Notes under the pieces: generated by a model
What the model saw: the letters and a program-made list of their open reading frames with translations, nothing else
The model's database searches: none
Told to the model about the DNA's origin: nothing
In this document: one piece after another, positions 42,390-60,870 of the stretch
Position numbering within the stretch: the first letter of the stretch is position 1
Layout of the letters: every line of letters begins with the position of its first letter
Made by a program: the position numbers and the translations under genes
Source of the DNA: Escherichia coli
Lineage (GTDB): Bacteria > Pseudomonadota > Gammaproteobacteria > Enterobacterales > Enterobacteriaceae
Direction: 5' to 3' (one strand)
NCBI RefSeq assembly: GCF_003334815.1
Contig: NZ_QOWO01000009.1
DNA length: 64,000 bases

Positions 42390-43334
42390 TTAGCGTTTGC
42401 AAATTGAGACTAATTGCTCTTCCATCCACTGATGGCCTTTATCGCGCCCGGCAGCTTCATGCCAGGAGAGATAACAGGTTCTGCTGTTTTGTTTTAACGG
42501 CAGCGGTAATACCTGTAATTCTAAGGATTCAGCGAACTCTTCAGCCAGCCAACGCGGCGCAATAGCGACCAAATGCGTTTGCGACACCACGCTAAGTACG
42601 CTCATCATTGCCATGCCCTGATACGCGATACTGGCTTGCTTATCTACCGTGTCATACCAAGGTTGACTAAATGACGCGAAACGATCGAGCGAAACCGCCG
42701 CATGTTGTTCGTTATAAACATCATGTTTCAGTAACGGGCCCTTAATTGTTGGATGATTTTTGCTGGCTACCAGCACCATTTCATCTTTAAATAATGGTAC
42801 GCTGGTAAATTCAGGACGATGGAAGTCTTCATAACTAATCACAAACTCCGTTTCCTGATAACGCAGCTGATGTTCAGTGTTCTGATTTAATGAAGACTTG
42901 AACATAACATGTATATTTGGCGCAATCTGCTCAATGTGATTATAAATCTGCGAGGTCAGAATGCTGTCTAACGGGCTGCAAACACAAAGATGAAATACAC
43001 GTTCACTGCTCGCGGGTTCAAAACCTGAACCAGGCAATTCATTTTGTACTAGTTGCAATGCCTGACGAACTGAACCAAAAAGTTGAAATGCGCGAGCAGT
43101 CGGTTGAATACCACGGCCATAACGAACAAAAAGCTCGTCATTAAACATCACCTTCAGGCGTGCAACAGCGTTACTGACCGCAGGTTGCGACATTCCCAGA
43201 ACATGAGCGGCACGAGTAATGTTTTGCTCCTGCATCACGGCATCGAAAACGGTTAATAAGTTGAGATCGACCATGCGTAGCTGTGGTTTGCTTAACTCCG
43301 CCGTCTCTGGATGATCTGTTTGTACCTCTGGCAT
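42390..43334 (-). CDS. leuO: LysR-type transcriptional regulator LeuO (314 aa)
   Basis: Canonical start [33 protein letters not shown]; LysR HTH. Confidence 0.93.
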   Translation of the reverse strand: MPEVQTDHPETAELSKPQLRMVDLNLLTVFDAVMQEQNITRAAHVLGMSQPAVSNAVARLKVMFNDELFVRYGRGIQPTARAFQLFGSVRQALQLVQNELPGSGFEPASSERVFHLCVCSPLDSILTSQIYNHIEQIAPNIHVMFKSSLNQNTEHQLRYQETEFVISYEDFHRPEFTSVPLFKDEMVLVASKNHPTIKGPLLKHDVYNEQHAAVSLDRFASFSQPWYDTVDKQASIAYQGMAMMSVLSVVSQTHLVAIAPRWLAEEFAESLELQVLPLPLKQNSRTCYLSWHEAAGRDKGHQWMEEQLVSICKR

Positions 43335-43993
43335 ACTTAACTCCACTGTCACACTTAACTCCCTTTCCCTTATTGGAATGCAGAGAAATAATCCTGAAGA
43401 ATATGATTTATCATGCATATAAAATAAGAAAAAGCAAAATGAGTAAAATTCGGAAAACATAAAGATACGGGTTCTGATAAAAACAGAATCCATTGCCGTG
43501 GAATGAGTCATTTACCACAGCATAATAATCCATAATGTTTTTGTTGCGAAAACAATCTAATCATAACTACCGCGAATACTCAATCATCTACAAAATGGAT
43601 TAAATGTGCTTATTTAATAATTAATTTATATATTTAATGCATTAATTCTTAACATTAATTGATCAATAATATTCACCAAATCAATATCAAAAAAAATCGC
43701 AAAACATATAATTCAATACAAATCATCAGGATAGGTTTTGCAACGCGTGCATTTTGTCCCCTTTTTCCTCGTTGATTAGATGCAAAAATTTATGCTGAAA
43801 TATGTCAACCGATGAAAAGCGTCGGTAGTTAAGCAGAAATTAATATCGCTTACTTTAACCACCGCAGCACAATTAGCTAATTTTACGGATGCAGAACTCA
43901 CGCTGGCGGGACGTTTTTATTGCGTCAGGGTTGACATCCGTTTTTGTATCCAGTAACTCTAAAAGCATATCGCATTCATCTGGAGCTGATTTA

Positions 43994-44080
43994 ATGACTC
44001 ACATCGTTCGCTTTATCGGTCTACTACTACTAAACGCATCTTCTTTGCGCGGTAGACGAGTGAGCGGCATCCAGCATTAA
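43994..44080 (+). CDS. leuL: leu operon leader peptide with four consecutive Leu codons (28 aa)
   Basis: [28 protein letters not shown]-stop read from sequence. Confidence 0.93.
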
Positions 44081-44095
44081 GCCAGCACGCAGTCA

Positions 44096-44128
44096 AACAA
44101 AAAACCCGCGCCATTGCGCGGGTTTTTT
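44096..44128 (+). terminator. leu attenuator terminator hairpin aaaacccgcgccattgcgcgggttttttt
   Basis: Perfect GC stem + T7 run between leuL and leuA. Confidence 0.9.
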
Positions 44129-44172
44129 TATGCCCGAAGCGAGGCGCTCTAAAAGAGACAAGGACCCAAACC

Positions 44173-46835
<2,663 letters not shown>

Positions 46836-46837
46836 TC

Positions 46838-48854
<2,017 letters not shown>

Positions 48855-48862
48855 TCCCCTTG

Positions 48863-48880
48863 CCCGGTCAAATGACCGGG
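48863..48880. terminator. Hairpin cccggtcaaatgaccggg between convergent leuD and setA
   Basis: Perfect 6-bp GC stem in 48-bp convergent gap. Confidence 0.5.
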
Positions 48881-48902
48881 CTTTCCGCTATCGTCCACGT
48901 CA

Positions 48903-50081
48903 TCAAACGTCTTTAACCTTTGCGGTTAAAAATAATGCGACAACAGAAATAACCGCAATTACCCAGTAGACAGCAAAGTGCCCCCAACTTTGTGCAATTG
49001 CTCCCTGAATAACGCCAGCCAGAATTACCCCGGTAGAAATACTGTTAGTAAATAAGGTGGTAGCTGCCCCCGCTCTTCCAGGCATTAAATCCTGAAACCA
49101 TAGCATCCCAATACCCGCAACAATGCCGATAAATACAGCGTTAAAAAGTTGCAGCGTCATCAACGCCATACGGCTATTAAAGAAAATCAATCCGGTGTAA
49201 AACAGTACTCCTGCCGCCACTGCTATGACCATCATTCGCCGCTTACCATAACGTTTGACATAGTAGCCAGCCAGAATCATTGCTGGTATTTCCAGTCCAG
49301 CTGCCGTCCCCATCAGGAAACCCGCCAGTTTGTCTGGCAATCCTAACTCGCTACTGATCCACAACGGCATATCAATAATGTACATGGTGTTGCAGGTCCA
49401 CATTAACGTCGAGGCGACAAATAACATCCGTACGTTACTATCCTGCCAGCCACCTTGCATTGATAAAGCATTTTCCGACGGCAGTTCTACCCGCGCCACA
49501 GACGGAAGCATAAATGCAATCAATACCAGACTGAGTGTGAATATCCCGGCGGCAATCGAAAACATCACCGTAAAGCCGTAATTCAACGCCAGCATAAAGG
49601 CCAACGGTGGACCGATAACCCATGCCAGAGAAAGCTGCGCACGCATCACCGAGCTAAACATCACCACTTCTCGCGCCGAGTTATCCGCATATTCCCGCGC
49701 CAGAGCAAATAACTGTGGCATTGCCGTATTGGCCAGAGATGCCAGAAGCACACCACAGGTGATAAGCGTCAGATAATGACGATTAAATGCAAACAATAGC
49801 GCATTGCCGATAGCCATCAAACAGCAAAATATAATCAGTTTTCGCCGATCGCCCTGACTGTCAGAACGTTTTGCCAACCAGAGGCTTACGCCGATCCCAG
49901 CAATAGCATTCACCGTATAAAAGAGGCCGATCCAGAAAGGTTGCGCGCCAACCTCACGACTCAGAAATAAGCTCAATGTAGGAGCCTGTAGCGCCCCGGC
50001 CACCCCCATCATAAAAGCGACCAGCATAAATGCCGCGTAAACACCGTTCATACGGCGAGCCATCGTCATTATCCAGATCAT
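48903..50081 (-). CDS. setA: Sugar efflux transporter SetA, MFS (392 aa)
   Basis: ORF track 392 aa, 12-TM MFS; immediately downstream of sgrS. Confidence 0.93.
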   Translation of the reverse strand: MIWIMTMARRMNGVYAAFMLVAFMMGVAGALQAPTLSLFLSREVGAQPFWIGLFYTVNAIAGIGVSLWLAKRSDSQGDRRKLIIFCCLMAIGNALLFAFNRHYLTLITCGVLLASLANTAMPQLFALAREYADNSAREVVMFSSVMRAQLSLAWVIGPPLAFMLALNYGFTVMFSIAAGIFTLSLVLIAFMLPSVARVELPSENALSMQGGWQDSNVRMLFVASTLMWTCNTMYIIDMPLWISSELGLPDKLAGFLMGTAAGLEIPAMILAGYYVKRYGKRRMMVIAVAAGVLFYTGLIFFNSRMALMTLQLFNAVFIGIVAGIGMLWFQDLMPGRAGAATTLFTNSISTGVILAGVIQGAIAQSWGHFAVYWVIAVISVVALFLTAKVKDV

Positions 50082-50108
50082 ACGTTCCCTTTTTAGCGCG
50101 GCGAGAAT

Positions 50109-50335
50109 AAAAAAAACCAGCAGGTATAATCTGCTGGCGGGTGATTTTACACCAATACTCAGTCACACATGATGCAGGCAAGTCAACTTTCAGAATTGCG
50201 GTCATCCCACTGCATCAGTCCTTCAAGCATGGTTAATCGTTGTGGGACGCTTAACCAACGCAACCAGCACAACTTCGCTGTCGCGGTAAAATAGTGCTGA
50301 TAAAACTGACGCATGGGGCACCCCCTTGCTTCATC
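50109..50335 (-). ncRNA. sgrS: Dual-function small RNA SgrS (about 227 nt) with 3' intrinsic terminator
   Basis: Contains sgrT ORF; 3' end hairpin ccagcag-N7-ctgctgg followed by U8 (plus strand 50109-50137); divergent from sgrR. Confidence 0.85.
50183..50314 (-). CDS. sgrT: SgrT small protein (43 aa) encoded within SgrS
   Basis: MRQFYQHYFTATAKLCWLRWLSVPQRLTMLEGLMQWDDRNSES-stop. Confidence 0.85.
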   Translation of the reverse strand: MRQFYQHYFTATAKLCWLRWLSVPQRLTMLEGLMQWDDRNSES

Positions 50336-50402
50336 GTTAGGAATTATTGACTTAATATAGGGAAAATAAAATTGCTGTCTTTTGCACAGGAGTTCCCCTT
50401 TT

Positions 50403-52058
50403 ATGCCATCTGCTCGTCTGCAACAACAGTTCATCCGCCTGTGGCAATGCTGCGAGGGTAAATCGCAGGACACAACGCTCAACGAACTGGCAGCGTTATT
50501 GAGCTGCTCGCGTCGTCATATGCGCACCCTGCTCAACACCATGCAGGATCGCGGCTGGCTGACGTGGGAAGCGGAAGTCGGGCGCGGTAAACGCTCGCGT
50601 CTGACATTCCTCTATACCGGGCTGGCGCTTCAGCAACAGCGGGCGGAAGACCTGCTGGAGCAGGATCGTATCGATCAACTGGTGCAGTTGGTTGGCGACA
50701 AAGCGACTGTGCGGCAAATGCTGGTTTCTCATCTGGGCCGCAGCTTCCGCCAGGGGCGGCACATCCTGCGCGTGCTCTACTATCGTCCGTTGCGTAATCT
50801 GCTACCTGGCAGCGCATTGCGCCGTTCCGAAACCCATATCGCCCGGCAAATCTTCAGTTCGCTAACGCGCATAAATGAGGAAAATGGGGAACTGGAAGCA
50901 GACATCGCCCACCACTGGCAGCAAATTTCACCGCTTCACTGGCGTTTCTTTTTGCGTCCAGGAGTCCATTTTCACCATGGTCGTGAACTGGAAATGGACG
51001 ATGTGATCGCCTCTTTAAAACGAATCAATACGCTGCCGCTCTATTCGCATATTGCTGACATTGTGTCGCCGACGCCCTGGACGCTGGATATCCATCTCAC
51101 GCAACCGGACCGCTGGTTACCGTTACTGCTGGGGCAAGTTCCGGCGATGATCCTGCCGCGCGAATGGGAAACCCTCAGTAACTTTGCCAGCCATCCCATC
51201 GGCACCGGTCCGTATGCGGTGATTCGCAACAGCACCAATCAACTGAAAATTCAGGCATTCGATGACTTCTTCGGTTACCGGGCATTAATCGACGAAGTTA
51301 ACGTCTGGGTTCTGCCGGAAATTGCCGACGAGCCAGCCGGAGGGCTGATGCTAAAAGGTCCACAGGGCGAGGAAAAAGAGATTGAAAGCCGCCTGGAGGA
51401 AGGTTGCTACTATTTACTGTTCGACAGCCGCACCCATCGCGGGGCGAATCAGCAAGTCAGGGACTGGGTAAGCTATGTGCTTTCTCCAACTAATCTGGTC
51501 TATTTCGCTGAGGAACAGTACCAGCAACTGTGGTTCCCGGCTTATGGACTGCTCCCCCGTTGGCACCATGCCCGCACCATAAAGAGCGAAAAACCGGCTG
51601 GCCTGGAAAGCCTCACCCTAACCTTTTATCAGGATCACAGTGAGCATCGGGTGATTGCCGGGATCATGCAGCAGATTCTGGCAAGTCACCAGGTCACGCT
51701 GAAAATCAAAGAGATCGACTACGATCAGTGGCATACAGGAGAGATCGAAAGTGATATCTGGCTAAACAGCGCCAACTTTACCCTGCCGCTGGACTTCTCT
51801 GTTTTCGCACATTTATGCGAAGTGCCACTGCTACAACATTGCATTCCCATTGACTGGCAAGCCGACGCTGCTCGCTGGCGCAATGGCGAGATGAATCTGG
51901 CGAACTGGTGCCAGCAACTGGTCGCCAGCAAAGCGATGGTGCCATTATTGCACCACTGGCTGATCATTCAGGGGCAACGCAGTATGCGCGGCCTGCGCAT
52001 GAATACCCTCGGCTGGTTCGATTTTAAATCAGCGTGGTTTGCGCCACCGGATCCATGA
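50403..52058 (+). CDS. sgrR: Transcriptional regulator SgrR (551 aa)
   Basis: Canonical start [15 protein letters not shown]; N-terminal HTH + solute-binding-like domain. Confidence 0.93.
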   Translation: MPSARLQQQFIRLWQCCEGKSQDTTLNELAALLSCSRRHMRTLLNTMQDRGWLTWEAEVGRGKRSRLTFLYTGLALQQQRAEDLLEQDRIDQLVQLVGDKATVRQMLVSHLGRSFRQGRHILRVLYYRPLRNLLPGSALRRSETHIARQIFSSLTRINEENGELEADIAHHWQQISPLHWRFFLRPGVHFHHGRELEMDDVIASLKRINTLPLYSHIADIVSPTPWTLDIHLTQPDRWLPLLLGQVPAMILPREWETLSNFASHPIGTGPYAVIRNSTNQLKIQAFDDFFGYRALIDEVNVWVLPEIADEPAGGLMLKGPQGEEKEIESRLEEGCYYLLFDSRTHRGANQQVRDWVSYVLSPTNLVYFAEEQYQQLWFPAYGLLPRWHHARTIKSEKPAGLESLTLTFYQDHSEHRVIAGIMQQILASHQVTLKIKEIDYDQWHTGEIESDIWLNSANFTLPLDFSVFAHLCEVPLLQHCIPIDWQADAARWRNGEMNLANWCQQLVASKAMVPLLHHWLIIQGQRSMRGLRMNTLGWFDFKSAWFAPPDP

Positions 52059-52094
52059 TTGCTGGTTGATAACAAAATCACTACACTAACGCCG

Positions 52095-52200
52095 TTCTCA
52101 ACGGGGTGCCACGCGTACGCGTGCGCTGAGAAAATACCCGTCGAACCTGATCCGGATAACGCCGGCGAAGGGATTTGAGGCTCCTTCTCAAGTCCTTTGC
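52095..52200 (+). ncRNA. TPP (thi-box) riboswitch in thiBPQ leader
   Basis: Conserved elements ggggtgcc ... ctgagaaaatacccg ... gaacctgatccggataacgccggcgaaggga read directly upstream of thiB. Confidence 0.85.
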
Positions 52201-52221
52201 CACTCTTTTTTGAGGTGCAAA

Positions 52222-53205
52222 GTGTTAAAAAAATGTCTGCCCCTGCTGTTGCTGTGCACAGCGCCCGTTTTCGCTAAACCCGTTCTGACTGTTTATACCT
52301 ACGATTCCTTCGCCGCCGACTGGGGGCCTGGTCCGGTGGTTAAAAAAGCCTTTGAAGCCGACTGTAATTGCGAACTGAAACTGGTGGCGCTGGAAGATGG
52401 CGTTTCGCTTCTCAACCGTCTACGGATGGAAGGCAAAAACAGTAAAGCCGATGTGGTGCTGGGGCTGGATAACAACCTGTTAGACGCCGCCAGTAAAACC
52501 GGACTGTTTGCCAAAAGCGGTGTGGCAGCGGATGCCGTTAACGTTCCCGGCGGCTGGAATAATGACACTTTCGTACCGTTTGATTATGGCTACTTCGCCT
52601 TCGTTTATGACAAGAACAAACTGAAAAACCCGCCACAAAGCCTGAAAGAACTGGTTGAGAGCGATCAAAACTGGCGGGTGATTTATCAGGATCCGCGCAC
52701 CAGTACACCGGGGCTGGGTCTGTTGCTATGGATGCAAAAAGTCTATGGCGATGACGCCCCACAAGCCTGGCAGAAACTGGCGAAGAAAACGGTCACGGTC
52801 ACCAAAGGCTGGAGCGAAGCCTACGGCCTGTTTTTAAAAGGTGAAAGCGATCTGGTACTGAGTTACACCACCTCTCCGGCTTATCACATTCTCGAAGAGA
52901 AGAAAGATAACTACGCCGCCGCGAACTTCAGCGAAGGTCACTATCTGCAAGTGGAAGTCGCCGCCCGCACCGCTGCCAGCAAGCAGCCGGAGCTGGCGCA
53001 AAAATTCCTCCAGTTTATGGTTTCTCCGGCTTTCCAGAATGCGATCCCAACCGGCAACTGGATGTATCCGGTGGCAAACGTCACGCTGCCTGCCGGTTTT
53101 GAAAAATTGACCAAACCCGCAACCACGTTGGAGTTCACGCCAGCCGAAGTGGCGGCACAACGTCAGGCATGGATTAGCGAATGGCAACGCGCCGTCAGCC
53201 GTTAA
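52222..53205 (+). CDS. thiB: Thiamine ABC transporter periplasmic binding protein (327 aa, GTG start)
   Basis: Signal peptide LKKCLPLLLLCTAPVFA; SBP fold. Confidence 0.93.
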   Translation: MLKKCLPLLLLCTAPVFAKPVLTVYTYDSFAADWGPGPVVKKAFEADCNCELKLVALEDGVSLLNRLRMEGKNSKADVVLGLDNNLLDAASKTGLFAKSGVAADAVNVPGGWNNDTFVPFDYGYFAFVYDKNKLKNPPQSLKELVESDQNWRVIYQDPRTSTPGLGLLLWMQKVYGDDAPQAWQKLAKKTVTVTKGWSEAYGLFLKGESDLVLSYTTSPAYHILEEKKDNYAAANFSEGHYLQVEVAARTAASKQPELAQKFLQFMVSPAFQNAIPTGNWMYPVANVTLPAGFEKLTKPATTLEFTPAEVAAQRQAWISEWQRAVSR

Positions 53206-54791
53206 TTCCCGGCTGGTTAATTCCAGGTGTAAGCGCCACCACGCTGGTGGTAGCGGTTGCGCTGGCGGCGTTTCTCGCCCTGTGGTGGAACGCGCCGCAG
53301 GATGACTGGGTGGCAGTCTGGCAGGACAGCTATCTGTGGCATGTGGTGCGCTTCTCCTTCTGGCAGGCGTTTCTCTCGGCACTGCTCTCTGTCATACCCG
53401 CGATATTCCTCGCCCGCGCGCTCTATCGCAGGCGCTTTCCGGGTCGGCTGGCGCTGTTGCGTCTGTGTGCAATGACCTTGATCCTCCCGGTGTTGGTCGC
53501 TGTTTTCGGCATTCTTAGCGTCTATGGTCGCCAGGGCTGGCTGGCAACACTCTGCCAATCGCTCGGTCTGGAGTGGACCTTTTCGCCCTACGGCCTGCAA
53601 GGTATTTTGCTGGCCCATGTGTTTTTTAATCTGCCGATGGCGAGCCGCTTATTACTCCAGGCACTGGAAAACATCCCCGGCGAACAGCGTCAACTTGCCG
53701 CCCAGCTTGGGATGCGTAGCTGGCATTTTTTCCGCTTCGTCGAATGGCCGTGGTTACGGCGACAAATCCCGCCGGTTGCTGCGCTTATCTTTATGCTCTG
53801 TTTCGCCAGCTTCGCCACCGTGCTATCGCTGGGGGGCGGTCCGCAGGCGACCACTATCGAGCTGGCAATCTATCAGGCGCTGAGTTACGACTACGATCCT
53901 GCCCGCGCGGCAATGCTGGCGCTGCTCCAGATGGTGTGCTGCCTCGGGCTGGTGCTGTTGAGTCAGCGATTGAGTAAGGCCATTGCGCCCGGCACCACGC
54001 TGCTGCAAGGCTGGCGCGACCCGGACGATCGTCTGCATAGCCGCATTTGCGACACGGTGTTAATTGTGCTGGCGCTGCTGCTGTTGCTGCCACCGTTACT
54101 GGCGGTGATCGTCGATGGGGTAAATCGCCAGTTGCCGGAAGTGCTGGCACAACCGGTGCTGTGGCAGGCGCTGTGGACCTCGTTGCGTATTGCGCTGGCG
54201 GCAGGTGTATTGTGCGTAGTGCTGACCATGATGCTGCTATGGAGCAGTCGCGAACTGCGGGCGCGGCAGAAAATGCTGGCGGGTCAGGTGCTGGAGATGA
54301 GCGGCATGTTGATCCTCGCCATGCCGGGGATTGTGCTGGCTACCGGCTTCTTTTTACTGCTCAACAACACTATCGGCCTGCCACAATCTGCTGACGGCAT
54401 TGTGATTTTCACCAATGCGTTAATGGCGATCCCTTATGCGCTGAAAGTGCTGGAAAACCCGATGCGCGATATCACCGCCCGCTACAGCATGTTATGTCAG
54501 TCGCTGGGGATTGAAGGCTGGTCACGCTTAAAAGTGGTGGAGCTGCGCGCCCTGAAACGTCCACTGGCGCAGGCGCTGGCCTTTGCATGCGTGCTGTCGA
54601 TTGGTGATTTTGGCGTGGTGGCGTTGTTCGGTAACGATGATTTCCGCACCCTGCCGTTTTATCTCTACCAGCAAATTGGCTCCTATCGCAGCCAGGACGG
54701 TGCGGTCACCGCGTTAATTCTGCTGCTGCTCTGTTTTCTGCTGTTTACCGTGATTGAAAAACTACCGGGGCGAAATGTTAAAACTGACTGA
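53181..54791 (+). CDS. thiP: Thiamine ABC transporter permease (536 aa)
   Basis: ORF track 536 aa, duplicated permease domains; overlaps thiB and thiQ. Confidence 0.95.
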   Translation: MATRRQPLIPGWLIPGVSATTLVVAVALAAFLALWWNAPQDDWVAVWQDSYLWHVVRFSFWQAFLSALLSVIPAIFLARALYRRRFPGRLALLRLCAMTLILPVLVAVFGILSVYGRQGWLATLCQSLGLEWTFSPYGLQGILLAHVFFNLPMASRLLLQALENIPGEQRQLAAQLGMRSWHFFRFVEWPWLRRQIPPVAALIFMLCFASFATVLSLGGGPQATTIELAIYQALSYDYDPARAAMLALLQMVCCLGLVLLSQRLSKAIAPGTTLLQGWRDPDDRLHSRICDTVLIVLALLLLLPPLLAVIVDGVNRQLPEVLAQPVLWQALWTSLRIALAAGVLCVVLTMMLLWSSRELRARQKMLAGQVLEMSGMLILAMPGIVLATGFFLLLNNTIGLPQSADGIVIFTNALMAIPYALKVLENPMRDITARYSMLCQSLGIEGWSRLKVVELRALKRPLAQALAFACVLSIGDFGVVALFGNDDFRTLPFYLYQQIGSYRSQDGAVTALILLLLCFLLFTVIEKLPGRNVKTD

Positions 54792-55473
54792 TATCACCTG
54801 GCTTTACCACCATTTGCCGATGCGTTTTAGCTTAACGGTGGAACGCGGCGAGCAGGTGGCGATCCTCGGGCCAAGCGGCGCGGGTAAAAGTACCCTGCTG
54901 AATTTGATCGCCGGTTTTCTGACGCCAGCCAGCGGTTCGCTGACTATCGATGGCGTAGATCACACAACTATGCCGCCGTCACGCCGTCCGGTGTCGATGC
55001 TGTTTCAGGAGAACAACCTGTTCAGCCACCTGACGGTCGCACAGAACATCGGGCTGGGGCTAAATCCGGGATTGAAACTGAACGCGGTACAGCAGGGGAA
55101 AATGCACGCTATCGCCCGCCAGATGGGGATTGATAATTTAATGGCGCGGTTACCGGGCGAGCTTTCCGGCGGTCAGCGACAGCGAGTGGCGTTAGCGCGT
55201 TGTCTGGTACGCGAACAGCCGATTTTATTGCTCGATGAACCGTTCTCTGCGCTCGATCCGGCGTTACGTCAGGAGATGTTGACGCTGGTGAGCACGAGCT
55301 GCCAGCAGCAAAAAATGACGCTATTGATGGTGTCGCACAGCGTGGAAGATGCGGCGCGGATCGCCACGCGCTCGGTAGTAGTCGCCGACGGGCGCATCGC
55401 CTGGCAGGGTATGACCAATGAGTTGTTGAGCGGTAAGGCGAGTGCTTCGGCACTATTGGGGATTACGGGTTAG
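54775..55473 (+). CDS. thiQ: Thiamine ABC transporter ATP-binding protein (232 aa)
   Basis: Walker [13 protein letters not shown] signature LSGGQRQR. Confidence 0.95.
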   Translation: MLKLTDITWLYHHLPMRFSLTVERGEQVAILGPSGAGKSTLLNLIAGFLTPASGSLTIDGVDHTTMPPSRRPVSMLFQENNLFSHLTVAQNIGLGLNPGLKLNAVQQGKMHAIARQMGIDNLMARLPGELSGGQRQRVALARCLVREQPILLLDEPFSALDPALRQEMLTLVSTSCQQQKMTLLMVSHSVEDAARIATRSVVVADGRIAWQGMTNELLSGKASASALLGITG

Positions 55474-55480
55474 TATGCAC

Positions 55481-55568
<88 letters not shown>

Positions 55569-55586
55569 CCCGCACAAGACTATCTC

Positions 55587-56351
55587 CTAAACCCCAACCA
55601 CTTTACGCAAAATATCGATATACACCGGCATCAACGGGTGGCGAATTAACACCACCAGCGCCACCACGCCGATGGCAGAAATCAACGGCGTCAGCCACAA
55701 CAAACGACCGCGGGACAAATAATGACTCAAACGGTCAGTCGCTTTACCGCTGCGCCATAACCGCCAGCACAGCCAGCCACCAACCCACAAAAACACCGCT
55801 GTTGCCAGCAGCAACCATTTAAACTCACCGCTCTGCATTCCGGCAGGAATATCGATCGCCGCGCCCGCCAGAATCCCTGGCAGGAAGTAAAACGGCGGCC
55901 ACAGCAGGCAGCCGATAATATTCGGCGTAATAAATTTAGCCACCGGCAGATCCAGCATTCCCGCCACCATTGGCACCAGCGGACGCGTCGGGCCAACAAA
56001 ACGACCGACCAGAATGGTGAACATGCTGTGTTGATGCAACGCATGTTCAGTTTTATCAAGTAGTGCTTTGTTTTTCTTCAGAAATGACCAGCGATGCAAC
56101 GGCTTTTTAAAACGCCAACCCAGCCAGAAAGAAATCCAGTCGCCCATCAAGCAGCCAATAATCCCTGCCAGCCAGGCGTGCCAGAAACTTAACTCGCCGC
56201 TGCCAATCAGCGCTCCCAGCCCCGCCATCAGCACCGTACCGGGTAGAATCAAACCGACCAGCGCCAGCGACTCCAGAAAGGCCACCAACACCACCGCCAT
56301 CAATGAATACACGGTGGATTGGGTAATAAAGTGTTCCAGCAATGCTTGCAT
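55587..56351 (-). CDS. yabI: DedA-family inner membrane protein (254 aa)
   Basis: ORF track 254 aa; position between thiQ and araC. Confidence 0.9.
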   Translation of the reverse strand: MQALLEHFITQSTVYSLMAVVLVAFLESLALVGLILPGTVLMAGLGALIGSGELSFWHAWLAGIIGCLMGDWISFWLGWRFKKPLHRWSFLKKNKALLDKTEHALHQHSMFTILVGRFVGPTRPLVPMVAGMLDLPVAKFITPNIIGCLLWPPFYFLPGILAGAAIDIPAGMQSGEFKWLLLATAVFLWVGGWLCWRLWRSGKATDRLSHYLSRGRLLWLTPLISAIGVVALVVLIRHPLMPVYIDILRKVVGV

Positions 56352-56436
56352 AATGTGCCTGTCAAATGGACGAAGCAGGGATTCTGCAAACCCTATGCTA
56401 CTCCGTCAAGCCGTCAATTGTCTGATTCGTTACCAA

Positions 56437-57315
56437 TTATGACAACTTGACGGCTACATCATTCACTTTTTCTTCACAACCGGCACGAAACTCGCTCGGG
56501 CTGGCCCCGGTGCATTTTTTAAATACTCGCGAGAAATAGAGTTGATCGTCAAAACCAACATTGCGACCGACGGTGGCGATAGGCATCCGGGTAGTGCTCA
56601 AAAGCAGCTTCGCCTGACTAATGCGTTGGTCCTCGCGCCAGCTTAAGACGCTAATCCCTAACTGCTGGCGGAAAAGATGTGACAGACGCGACGGCGACAA
56701 GCAAACATGCTGTGCGACGCTGGCGATATCAAAATTGCTGTCTGCCAGGTGATCGCTGATGTACTGACAAGCCTCGCGTACCCGATTATCCATCGGTGGA
56801 TGGAGCGACTCGTTAATCGCTTCCATGCGCCGCAGTAACAATTGCTCAAGCAGATTTATCGCCAGCAGCTCCGAATAGCGCCCTTCCCCTTGCCCGGCGT
56901 TAATGATTTGCCCAAACAGGTCGCTGAAATGCGGCTGGTGCGCTTCATCCGGGCGAAAGAAACCCGTATTGGCAAATATTGACGGCCAGTTAAGCCATTC
57001 ATGCCAGTAGGCGCGCGGACGAAAGTAAACCCACTGGTGATACCATTCGCGAGCCTCCGGATGACGACCGTAGTGATGAATCTCTCCTGGCGGGAACAGC
57101 AAAATATCACCCGGTCGGCAGACAAATTCTCGTCCCTGATTTTTCACCACCCCCTGACCGCGAATGGTGAGATTGAGAATATAACCTTTCATTCCCAGCG
57201 GTCGGTCGATAAAAAAATCGAGATAACCGTTGGCCTCAATCGGCGTTAAACCCGCCACCAGATGGGCGTTAAACGAGTATCCCGGCAGCAGGGGATCATT
57301 TTGCGCTTCAGCCAT
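56437..57315 (-). CDS. araC: Arabinose operon regulator AraC (292 aa)
   Basis: Canonical start [35 protein letters not shown] 17 codons inside longest ORF; C-terminal AraC HTH. Confidence 0.97.
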
Positions 57316-57339
57316 ACTTTTCATACTCCCACCATTCAG

Positions 57340-59354
<2,015 letters not shown>

Positions 59355-59364
59355 GGACACGATA

Positions 59365-60867
59365 ATGACGATTTTTGATAATTATGAAGTGTGGTTTGTC
59401 ATTGGCAGCCAGCATCTGTATGGCCCGGAAACCCTGCGTCAGGTCACCCAACATGCCGAGCACGTCGTTAATGCGCTGAATACGGAAGCGAAACTGCCCT
59501 GCAAACTGGTGTTGAAACCGCTGGGCACCACGCCGGATGAAATCACCGCTATTTGCCGCGACGCGAATTACGACGATCGTTGCGCTGGTCTGGTGGTGTG
59601 GCTGCACACCTTCTCCCCGGCCAAAATGTGGATCAACGGCCTGACCATGCTCAACAAACCGTTGCTGCAATTCCACACCCAGTTCAACGCGGCGCTGCCG
59701 TGGGACAGTATCGATATGGACTTTATGAACCTGAACCAGACTGCACATGGCGGTCGCGAGTTCGGCTTCATTGGCGCGCGTATGCGTCAGCAACATGCCG
59801 TGGTTACCGGTCACTGGCAGGATAAACAAGCCCATGAGCGTATCGGCTCCTGGATGCGTCAGGCGGTCTCTAAACAGGATACCCGTCATCTGAAAGTCTG
59901 CCGATTTGGCGATAACATGCGTGAAGTGGCGGTCACCGATGGCGATAAAGTTGCCGCACAGATCAAGTTCGGTTTCTCCGTCAATACCTGGGCGGTTGGC
60001 GATCTGGTGCAGGTGGTGAACTCCATCAGCGACGGCGATGTTAACGCGCTGGTCGATGAGTACGAAAGCTGCTACACCATGACGCCTGCCACACAAATCC
60101 ACGGCAAAAAACGACAGAACGTGCTGGAAGCGGCGCGTATTGAGCTGGGGATGAAGCGTTTCCTGGAACAAGGTGGCTTCCACGCGTTCACCACCACCTT
60201 TGAAGATTTGCACGGTCTGAAACAGCTTCCTGGTCTGGCCGTACAGCGTCTGATGCAGCAGGGTTACGGCTTTGCGGGCGAAGGCGACTGGAAAACTGCC
60301 GCCCTGCTTCGCATCATGAAGGTGATGTCAACCGGTCTGCAGGGCGGCACCTCCTTTATGGAGGACTACACCTATCACTTCGAGAAAGGTAATGACCTGG
60401 TGCTCGGCTCCCATATGCTGGAAGTCTGCCCGTCGATCGCCGCAGAAGAGAAACCGATCCTCGACGTTCAGCATCTCGGTATTGGTGGTAAGGACGATCC
60501 TGCCCGCCTGATCTTCAATACCCAAACCGGCCCAGCGATTGTCGCCAGCTTGATTGATCTCGGCGATCGTTACCGTCTACTGGTTAACTGCATCGACACG
60601 GTGAAAACACCGCACTCCCTGCCGAAACTGCCGGTGGCGAATGCGCTGTGGAAAGCGCAACCGGATCTGCCAACTGCTTCCGAAGCGTGGATCCTCGCTG
60701 GTGGCGCGCACCATACCGTCTTCAGCCATGCACTGAACCTCAACGATATGCGCCAATTCGCCGAGATGCACGACATTGAAATCACGGTGATTGATAACGA
60801 CACACGCCTGCCAGCGTTTAAAGACGCGCTGCGCTGGAACGAAGTGTATTACGGGTTTCGTCGCTAA
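59365..60867 (+). CDS. araA: L-arabinose isomerase (500 aa)
   Basis: Canonical start [20 protein letters not shown] 8 codons inside longest ORF. Confidence 0.97.
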   Translation: MTIFDNYEVWFVIGSQHLYGPETLRQVTQHAEHVVNALNTEAKLPCKLVLKPLGTTPDEITAICRDANYDDRCAGLVVWLHTFSPAKMWINGLTMLNKPLLQFHTQFNAALPWDSIDMDFMNLNQTAHGGREFGFIGARMRQQHAVVTGHWQDKQAHERIGSWMRQAVSKQDTRHLKVCRFGDNMREVAVTDGDKVAAQIKFGFSVNTWAVGDLVQVVNSISDGDVNALVDEYESCYTMTPATQIHGKKRQNVLEAARIELGMKRFLEQGGFHAFTTTFEDLHGLKQLPGLAVQRLMQQGYGFAGEGDWKTAALLRIMKVMSTGLQGGTSFMEDYTYHFEKGNDLVLGSHMLEVCPSIAAEEKPILDVQHLGIGGKDDPARLIFNTQTGPAIVASLIDLGDRYRLLVNCIDTVKTPHSLPKLPVANALWKAQPDLPTASEAWILAGGAHHTVFSHALNLNDMRQFAEMHDIEITVIDNDTRLPAFKDALRWNEVYYGFRR

Positions 60868-60870
60868 GTA

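Noticed and set aside
43335-43993. AT-rich 659-bp block between leuO and leuL as a possible horizontally acquired islet
   Set aside because: No ORFs or mobility genes, and it is flanked by correctly oriented core genes; it fits the known leuO/leuLABCD regulatory spacer.
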